A stretch of DNA of 13,479 nucleotides from assembly GCA_040767085.1 (NCBI GenBank), contig JAXGPF010000001.1, positions 1 to 13,479 on the forward strand, in the 5' to 3' direction. Source of the DNA: Kiritimatiellia bacterium. GTDB lineage: Bacteria; Verrucomicrobiota; Kiritimatiellia; JAAZAB01. Below the pieces are notes generated by a model. It was not told where the DNA came from, did no database searches, and worked only from the letters and a program-made list of their open reading frames with translations. This document shows positions 7,850 to 13,479 of this stretch, one piece after another; positions within the stretch are counted from its first letter, which is position 1; every line of letters begins with the position of its first letter. Both the position numbers and the translations under genes were made by a program.

Positions 7850-8012
7850 TTTTTCATCCTTCCAATTCAATTCCAATCCGCATCAATTCCGCCTGACGCC
7901 AAGCATGGTATTGGCCGCATTTCTTGGCGTCGCCGGCACATCATATTGCTCCGATCCGTCATCCCGCTGTTACAGCCCATGGGGCCCGGCGCGGCAATGG
8001 CAACGATTCCGC

Positions 8013-8885
8013 TTAAAAATCCGCCGGCCATTCGGCTCGGCCTTGCGCGCCGGGCCGGCAGCGGTAGGTCGGCCCCCCGGGGAAATTCCCGGCGGCATCC
8101 AGTCCATGTTCCAGGCCCGCGCCGCCCTGGCAGGCCGTGGTGATGTAAAGGTCGCGCAAATCCGCGCCGCCGAAGATCAGGCTGGAAATGTTTTTGGCCG
8201 GCAAGTTGATGGTATTGATGATTTGTCCCGCCGGAGAAATCCGCCGGACGCAGCCGCCGCCCCAGAATGCCGCCCAGACGTGATCCTCTCTGTCAGTGGT
8301 GATGCCGTCGGGCAGTCCCTGCGCTTTGGTGGATTGGAAAAATATTTCGGGGTTGGCAATGGCGCCGGATCGGATGTCATAGTCGTAGCTGGTGATGGTC
8401 ATGGCCAGGCTGTCAGTGTGGAAAAACTTTTTCAGGTCCATGGAAAAGGCCATGCCGTTGCTGATGCCGATGCCGGTAATAACCGGCACGGGCGGCCGGC
8501 CGCGTTCCAGCCGGTACAGTACGCCGCCCCGGCGGTCCGGGCGCAATGTGCCGGCAAAAATCCGGCCGGCCGGATCAGTGGTGATATCGTTGAACCGCTC
8601 GCCCGGTTGAAAAGCAAAATCGAACAGTTTGGCCAAAGCGCCGGTGGACGACAGTTTGAAAACGCCTTGATCGGCGCAGAAGACCATGCCGCCGTCGCGG
8701 GTTAAGGCGAACCCGCCGACCATCATTTCACCCTGCCAGAATTCCGCCGTAGCGCCGGCGGCCGGGGAATACTCCCAGATGCGGCGTTGTAAAATGTCCG
8801 TCCAGTAAAGTTTATGATTGGCGGCGTTCCACACCGGGCATTCACCCAGGCGGCAGATATTGTCGCTGACGCATTCAATGATCAT
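8013..8885 (-). CDS. SMP-30/gluconolactonase/LRE family protein (sugar lactonase)
   Basis: LGECPVW, LYWTDI, RFND...DPAGR, ISNGMAFS, PDG...D, FGGxDLxDLYIT. The true start is ATG 8885, because the longer ORF start at 8909 lies inside the IS end. Confidence 0.93.
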   Translation of the reverse strand: MIIECVSDNICRLGECPVWNAANHKLYWTDILQRRIWEYSPAAGATAEFWQGEMMVGGFALTRDGGMVFCADQGVFKLSSTGALAKLFDFAFQPGERFNDITTDPAGRIFAGTLRPDRRGGVLYRLERGRPPVPVITGIGISNGMAFSMDLKKFFHTDSLAMTITSYDYDIRSGAIANPEIFFQSTKAQGLPDGITTDREDHVWAAFWGGGCVRRISPAGQIINTINLPAKNISSLIFGGADLRDLYITTACQGGAGLEHGLDAAGNFPGGPTYRCRPGAQGRAEWPADF

Positions 8886-8892
8886 AAAAACC

Positions 8893-8941
8893 TGTTCGTA
8901 ACAAGTCAAGTGTCCGCTTTTTGTAACAAGTGATCTGTCCG
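8893..8941. repeat. IS terminal inverted repeat downstream of the transposase (IRR)
   Basis: TGTTCG-TAACAAGTCAAGTGTCCG-CTTTTTG-TAACAAGTGATCTGTCCG, with repeats at 8899-8916 and 8924-8941. Confidence 0.85.
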
Positions 8942-8977
8942 ATTTGTTATTGTGTGTTGTTGCTCCTGGGGTGAGGA

Positions 8978-9003
8978 TTTTCCTCCCCCGCGGGGGAGGA
9001 AAA
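8978..9003. repeat. Perfect 26-bp palindrome in the IS 3' non-coding region
   Basis: TTTTCCTCCCCCG|CGGGGGAGGAAAA, 3 bp past the transposase stop. Confidence 0.85.
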
Positions 9004-9006
9004 AGT

Positions 9007-10191
9007 TTATGCGACGTCCTCCAGCGACGCCGAAATGTTCAACGGTCCTTGGTAGCGGCCAACCACATGCGGGCCATAACGGATGGACACCGTGCCATCG
9101 AGGTGCTCGCAGACTTTAACCCGGCACTTGGCGAAGCTGAAACGCCATTTTGATGGTCCAATCTGCAAGCGGCGACTCCCGACAGCCACGGTATTGTCAT
9201 TTTGAACCTCTCGCGCATGCTGCACACAGAAAATGCTGTCCAAATCCTGCTCACCGCAAGGCACGAAACACGTTCCTGTTTCCCGCGCCTTCACCTTCAT
9301 GTTGCGATTGAAGGAAGGCAGAAACTGTTGTTGAATATAGACGTTGGCCTCGGCCATCGTCCGGATTCCCGCCTGCCTTAATTCCTGCGGCAGGCGCCCT
9401 TGCCAGGTCTTAAACATCCGCTCTATTCGCCCACGTCCCTGGGGGCTATAGCTCGGAATATGTTCGATCCCCAACTGTTGCAACGCCCGTCCAATTTGCG
9501 TCAATTGACGCCGGTCCACCGCCCCGCCTTCTTTGGGCGTATAAAAGAAATGACTGCCACGATCCGTGTACAGACTGCAGAAAACCCCATGTTTAATAAT
9601 GACTTCTTTCAACCCCTTCATCACCGTTAATGTCCCTTCCTGGGGCACAAGATAGGCCGTGTAGACTTCGCTGGTGGCATCGTCCATCACCAGGATCAGA
9701 TCCTGCTTCTGGCCCGCCAGCAGGGGCAACCAGGCATGGGTGCTGCCATCCACCATCAACATCATCCCCGCCATTGGTCGCCGTTCCCGCTGCTGCCGAT
9801 GCGGCCCTCGTTTCCGGGCCTTCGCCACCAACCCGGCCGTCTGCAAGGCGCTCTTGACCCACTGATAACTGAGCTCGATCCCATGCTCCGCCTGCAGCTT
9901 CTCGTGAAAATGCCTCACATTGAAATCCATGTATTCTTCTCGGTACAACCTCAGCACCTGCTTCACCGTCGCAAGGGGCACGCGCCGCGGCCCCGGTATC
10001 TTCCGCCGACGATCCAGCAGCCCGTCGTAACCATACCGCTCGTAGCGCCCTTTCCAGCGCCGCATGGTCCGGTAGCTCACACCTAGTATCTCCGCCGCCT
10101 CCCACCACATTAACCGCCCTTCAATCGCACGCAAGATCACTTCCTGTACCTTCATTGCCCGCTCCAGTGCTGCCTTCGGATATTCATCCAT
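9007..10191 (-). CDS. ISNCY family DDE transposase (HTH plus rve integrase core plus C-terminal beta-barrel)
   Basis: N-terminal HTH (WWEAAEILGVSYRTMRRW...GLLDRR) and DDE residues in MVDGSTH, LYTDRGSHF and GRIERMFKTWQGRL. Frame is intact. Start ATG 10191 follows an AAGGGGGG RBS. Confidence 0.93.
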   Translation of the reverse strand: MDEYPKAALERAMKVQEVILRAIEGRLMWWEAAEILGVSYRTMRRWKGRYERYGYDGLLDRRRKIPGPRRVPLATVKQVLRLYREEYMDFNVRHFHEKLQAEHGIELSYQWVKSALQTAGLVAKARKRGPHRQQRERRPMAGMMLMVDGSTHAWLPLLAGQKQDLILVMDDATSEVYTAYLVPQEGTLTVMKGLKEVIIKHGVFCSLYTDRGSHFFYTPKEGGAVDRRQLTQIGRALQQLGIEHIPSYSPQGRGRIERMFKTWQGRLPQELRQAGIRTMAEANVYIQQQFLPSFNRNMKVKARETGTCFVPCGEQDLDSIFCVQHAREVQNDNTVAVGSRRLQIGPSKWRFSFAKCRVKVCEHLDGTVSIRYGPHVVGRYQGPLNISASLEDVA

Positions 10192-10230
10192 ATAACCCCC
10201 CTTTGAATGCACCATCCTGACAGCTTTAAG

Positions 10231-10278
10231 CGGACAAATCATTTGTTAATTATGCGGCCAAGTCATTTGTTTACGACA
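10231..10278. repeat. IS terminal inverted repeat upstream of the transposase (IRL)
   Basis: Reverse complement reads TGTCGT-AAACAAATGACTTGGCCG-CATAAT-TAACAAATGATTTGTCCG, with repeats at 10255-10272 and 10231-10248. Confidence 0.85.
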
Positions 10279-10312
10279 TCGGCGCTTCCGACATTGACTG
10301 CGAACTCAATTA

Positions 10313-10340
10313 ATGATAATTAAAAAAACGGCGCGCGCAA
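10313..10340 (-). promoter_or_regulatory. Putative leftward sigma70 promoter, now pointing into the IS
   Basis: Minus strand TTGCGC (10340-10335), 16-bp spacer, TATCAT (10318-10313), in an AT-rich intergenic stretch. Confidence 0.45.
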
Positions 10341-10393
10341 TAATATTTTGCCGCCGGCCATTGATCGGAAATCAAGAAATACCAGGGGTAATC

Positions 10394-10744
10394 ATGATTC
10401 GCAAAGCCGCGGAAATGTGCAACGAAGTGCGGGAAAATATGCGGGGCGGGCCGGGCGCGGTCGCCATCCGCCACCTCTTCACGTCCGATGAAATCCAGGC
10501 GAAAACCCGCCTGTGCGCCCGGCTGATCATTCCGCCGGGTGCGGGCATCGGCCCCCACCGCCATGAGCAGGAAGACGAATTGTTCGTGGTGATCGGCGGG
10601 GAAGGGGTGGTGGAAGAAGACGGCCGGGCCGTGCGCGTCGCCGCCGGCGACGCCGTGCTGACCGGCCGCGGCGGATCGCATGCGGTGCGCAACGAAGGCG
10701 GCGAGCCGCTGGAAATGCTGGCGGTAATCATGTGTTACGCCTGA
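10394..10744 (+). CDS. Cupin domain protein (TM1287-like monocupin)
   Basis: MIRK...ENMRGGPG, metal motif HRHEQEDELFVVIGGEG and GDAVLTGRGGSHAVRN. Start ATG 10394 follows an AGGGGT RBS. Confidence 0.9.
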   Translation: MIRKAAEMCNEVRENMRGGPGAVAIRHLFTSDEIQAKTRLCARLIIPPGAGIGPHRHEQEDELFVVIGGEGVVEEDGRAVRVAAGDAVLTGRGGSHAVRNEGGEPLEMLAVIMCYA

Positions 10745-10776
10745 GGCGCGGCGGATATCAACGAAAGGACCGCAGT

Positions 10777-11895
10777 ATGCAGAAAATCATTCCTCCCGAT
10801 ATGGCGCTGCCCGCGCGCACGATCAGCGGGCGCGGCGCGGTCAGGCAGTTGGCCGCTCTGGCCGCGGCATATGGCCGCCGCGGCATGCTGGTGCATGGCG
10901 CTTCCCTGCGTCGTTCCGGCGCATTGGATAAGATCCTGGCAAATTGCCCGGCCGGTGTGAAAATCTTTGCCGCCGAACATCCCGGCGGCGAGCCGACGCT
11001 GGATAATCTGGCGGATTTGCTGGCGGCGGCCCGCCGGGAGCGCGCGGATTGGGTCGCCGCGGTGGGCGGCGGCAGCGTGATGGACGCGGCCAAGGCTTGC
11101 GCCGGCTTGTTGCGCGCGGCCGGGTCGGCGGAGGAATACCATGACGGCCGGCCGATCGAAACGCCCGCCGTCCCGTTCATTGCCGCGCCCACCACCGCCG
11201 GCACGGGCTCGGAAGCCACGATGAATGCCGTCCTGACCAACCTGGGCACGGGCGTCAAAAAATCAATCCGGCATCCCCACATGATGGCCCGCCTGGTGCT
11301 GTTGGATGCCGACTTGCTGGATTCCTGTCCGCCCCGCGTCCGCGCGCATGCCGGGATGGACGCCTTGACTCAGGCTGTGGAAGCTTATTTCTGCAATGCG
11401 TCTTCCCGGTTGAGCGACGATTTCGCCCGGCACGGCTTTAAATTGCTCGCGGACAGCCTGGAGGATTTTGCCCGGGGGCGCCAGCGCGCGGAGAGCGATC
11501 CCGCGGATACCATGCTGCTGGGCAGTTATTTTGCAGGGCTGGCGCTTTCCATCTCCCGGTTGGGAGTGGTGCACGGCATTGCGCATCCGCTGGGCGCGCG
11601 CTACAAAATCCCCCACGGCCAGGTTTGCGGCGTCTGTCTGCCCCTGGCGCTGGAACTCAACCGGGATGCTGTCTCCGAACGTTACCGGGAATTAAGCGGG
11701 CTGGCGGGCGGCGACTTGCGGGAATGGACGGCTTCGCTGCTGGAACGGCTGGCGGTGCGCAATCCTTTCGCCGGTCAGGAACTGCGCGATGCGGACGGCA
11801 TCATCAGCGAAACCATGGCCTCGGCTTCCGGCCAGGCCAACCCCATGCCGTTGAATGCCGGACATGTACGCTGGATGCTGGGCCGGCTGTTTTAG
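10777..11895 (+). CDS. Iron-containing (type III) alcohol dehydrogenase family protein
   Basis: GEPT, GGGSVMDAAK, PTTAGTGSEAT, GMDALTQAVEAY, HGIAHPLG and PHG motifs. Start ATG 10777 follows an AAAGGA RBS. Confidence 0.92.
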   Translation: MQKIIPPDMALPARTISGRGAVRQLAALAAAYGRRGMLVHGASLRRSGALDKILANCPAGVKIFAAEHPGGEPTLDNLADLLAAARRERADWVAAVGGGSVMDAAKACAGLLRAAGSAEEYHDGRPIETPAVPFIAAPTTAGTGSEATMNAVLTNLGTGVKKSIRHPHMMARLVLLDADLLDSCPPRVRAHAGMDALTQAVEAYFCNASSRLSDDFARHGFKLLADSLEDFARGRQRAESDPADTMLLGSYFAGLALSISRLGVVHGIAHPLGARYKIPHGQVCGVCLPLALELNRDAVSERYRELSGLAGGDLREWTASLLERLAVRNPFAGQELRDADGIISETMASASGQANPMPLNAGHVRWMLGRLF

Positions 11896-11898
11896 CAC

Positions 11899-11993
11899 CT
11901 GGAGCGCGGCGGCCCAACTATAGCAACCGGGGCCAGAGATCCCAGGCACAAAGGGGCAGAGGGGGCTCAAGAAGAATCACCGCCGCCCTCCAG
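11899..11993. repeat. REP/REPIN-like inverted repeat between convergent genes
   Basis: CTGGAGCGCGGCGG (11899-11912) and CCGCCGCCCTCCAG (11980-11993) match at 13/14 positions as inverted repeats and span almost the whole intergenic gap. Confidence 0.6.
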
Positions 11994-11998
11994 ATCAT

Positions 11999-13432
11999 TC
12001 AGGTCATCACGTTCGGCCCCACGCCCCCTTGCACCAGCCCCACAGACGGCTCAATCACCCGCATGGACTTCCATTTTCCCTGCCGGAACCGCCGCCAGAA
12101 CACCAGCGCCAGCACGCAAATATAAAACGAGCCAATGCTCCAGACAGTGTAAATGCCGCCGCCGAAAAATTCCACGGCGATAAAAGACGGCACGACCATG
12201 ATCCCCATGGAAAGCGCGGCAATCGTCCATGTGACGAATCTCACATCCCCGGCGCCGCGCAAGGCGCCGGAATAAATGACATTCATGGTGTCAAGCAGGC
12301 TGTAGACCGCCACGAAAACCAGCAGCGCCGCGCCGGTGGACAACATTTCCGCGGCTTCCGCCGGCGCAGCGCCGGGCGGCAGAAAGAGGTTCAGCATGGG
12401 ACGCGGGAAGAGCACCAGCATCATCGCCATCCCGCCCATGTAAAGCATGGTCAGGTGCAGCGCGTGCCGGGTGGCGGTAATTCCCTCGTCGGGTTTTTCG
12501 CGTCCGATGGCCTGGCCCACCAATGTGGCAGTCGCGATGGAGAGTCCCAACATGGGCATGAATACCAGGGAGTTGATGGAAAAGACAATATTACTCACCG
12601 CCAATTCCATCCGGCCCAGACGTCCGATGATCAACAGGAAAAACGAAAATGCGGTAATATCCACCGCGATTTGCACGCCGCTGGGCAGGCCGAAACGCAT
12701 CAGCCGCCGGAATAATTCCGGATCCAGCCGGCGCTCGCTGAGCACGCCATGGGCGATTTCGTTCCGGCGGCGGAAAATCATGGCGGCCAGCAGGATGCAG
12801 ATGAAGGTATGGCTGATGACCGGGGCCCAGGCGGCGCCGGCGACGCCCAGCGCGGGGATGCGGCCCCAGCCGTTGATCATGACATAATCCAGCGGTATAT
12901 TGAGACAGGCCCCCGCAATGCTGACCAGCATGATGGGGCGGGTTACACCGCGGCCGGAAAAATAACACCCCAGCACATCATGCCAGACATGCGTAATCCC
13001 GCCCAGCATCAGGATGCGGAAATACACGATTTCCAGTTCGCGGATAGCCGGGGCATGGCCGATTAATTCGAACATGGGGCGCGCCATCCCGGCGCCGATG
13101 GCGAGCAGAACCCCGGCCAGCACGGTAAAGTAATGCGCTTGCCAGAGAGTACGGCCGACCTGCCGCGGCCGCCTGGCGCCGGAATACTGGGCGATGAATG
13201 TGCTGGCATAACTCCCGATACCGCCGAAGAAAGCTAGAAATACAAACGCCATGGCGCCGGCCGGCCCTGCGGCGGCGATGGCATCCACGCTGTACCGCCC
13301 CAGGAATACCCGGTCGGTAAACAGCATCAGGGTTGTGGCGCCCATGCTGATGACCAGCGGGATGCCCATGCGCAATACCGCCGCATAGCCGTTGGGACCA
13401 GGCCAGCTATTTTTGATGTAATTCCAGGACAT
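11999..13432 (-). CDS. MATE family efflux transporter (NorM-like)
   Basis: 477-aa polytopic membrane protein with FTDRVFLGRYS...AIAA, LNIPLDYVMI.G....PALGVAGAAWA, FGLPSG, TLVGQAIG and GALRGAGD motifs. Confidence 0.94.
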   Translation of the reverse strand: MSWNYIKNSWPGPNGYAAVLRMGIPLVISMGATTLMLFTDRVFLGRYSVDAIAAAGPAGAMAFVFLAFFGGIGSYASTFIAQYSGARRPRQVGRTLWQAHYFTVLAGVLLAIGAGMARPMFELIGHAPAIRELEIVYFRILMLGGITHVWHDVLGCYFSGRGVTRPIMLVSIAGACLNIPLDYVMINGWGRIPALGVAGAAWAPVISHTFICILLAAMIFRRRNEIAHGVLSERRLDPELFRRLMRFGLPSGVQIAVDITAFSFFLLIIGRLGRMELAVSNIVFSINSLVFMPMLGLSIATATLVGQAIGREKPDEGITATRHALHLTMLYMGGMAMMLVLFPRPMLNLFLPPGAAPAEAAEMLSTGAALLVFVAVYSLLDTMNVIYSGALRGAGDVRFVTWTIAALSMGIMVVPSFIAVEFFGGGIYTVWSIGSFYICVLALVFWRRFRQGKWKSMRVIEPSVGLVQGGVGPNVMT

Positions 13433-13479
13433 GCGAGCGATTATTGACAGGAAATTTTAAAAAAAGCCACAAAAAAGCG

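Larger units (their letters stand above)
8893..10278 (-). mobile_element. Insertion sequence, 1386 bp, ISNCY (IS1202/IS481-like DDE family)
   Basis: Ends are 5'-TGT...ACA-3'. Imperfect TIRs of about 49 bp each contain two 18-bp repeats (TAACAARTNANNTGTCCG-like). Single DDE transposase inside. No flanking TSD is visible. Confidence 0.9.

Noticed and set aside
5990..8705. Plus-strand ORFs 5990-6733, 6941-8143 and 7800-8705
   Set aside because: They are antisense shadows of the GH29 and SMP-30 genes with no recognizable domains.
8893..8941. Tandem repeats read as a mini-CRISPR or iterons
   Set aside because: Only two units with a 7-bp gap, mirrored at the other IS end, so they are better explained as transposase-binding sites.
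10284..10311. dif/xrs-like site 5 bp from the IS left end (GCTTCCGACAT-TGACTG-CGAACTCAATT), as targeted by ISAba32-type IS1202 elements
   Set aside because: The spacing is suggestive and CTTCCGA resembles some XerC arms. However, the XerD arm lacks the conserved TTATG core, there is no 5-bp TSD, and the transposase lacks the C-terminal extension I associate with that subgroup.
10294..10322. Rightward promoter for the cupin (TTGACT ... GATAAT)
   Set aside because: The spacer is 15 bp to GATAAT, and the hexamer at 17 bp (TAATTA) is poor. Plausible but not supportable.
13433..13479. Promoter elements at the right edge (plus-strand TTGACA 13444-13449, minus-strand TAAAAT 13459-13454)
   Set aside because: Partner hexamers are missing or cut off by the window edge, so a full promoter cannot be supported.

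Overview
GC-rich bacterial accessory region, probably from a PVC-superphylum polysaccharide degrader such as Kiritimatiellia or Lentisphaeria (inferred from the protein families only). Left to right it holds: the 3' end of an FAD-dependent oxidoreductase coupled to a clan GH-A glycoside hydrolase; a secreted beta-helix/choice-of-anchor-Q-type protein; a YbiI-like DksA/TraR zinc finger; a 121-bp MITE with 16-bp perfect TIRs and a 4-bp TSD; and a serine hydrolase with extra C-terminal domains. On the minus strand follow a GH29 fucosidase-like enzyme and an SMP-30 lactonase, then a complete 1386-bp TGT...ACA insertion sequence (ISNCY, IS1202/IS481-like). The window ends with a cupin, an iron-type alcohol dehydrogenase, a REP-like inverted repeat and a MATE transporter. 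The most notable observations are: (i) the IS has no target-site duplication, yet removing it exactly rebuilds a GAGGT ribosome-binding site and reconnects an orphan promoter to the lactonase gene; (ii) the GH29 has lost both residues that bind the fucose 2-OH; (iii) the unannotated MITE; (iv) the beta-helix gene has a mosaic composition and a possible C-terminal sorting motif.
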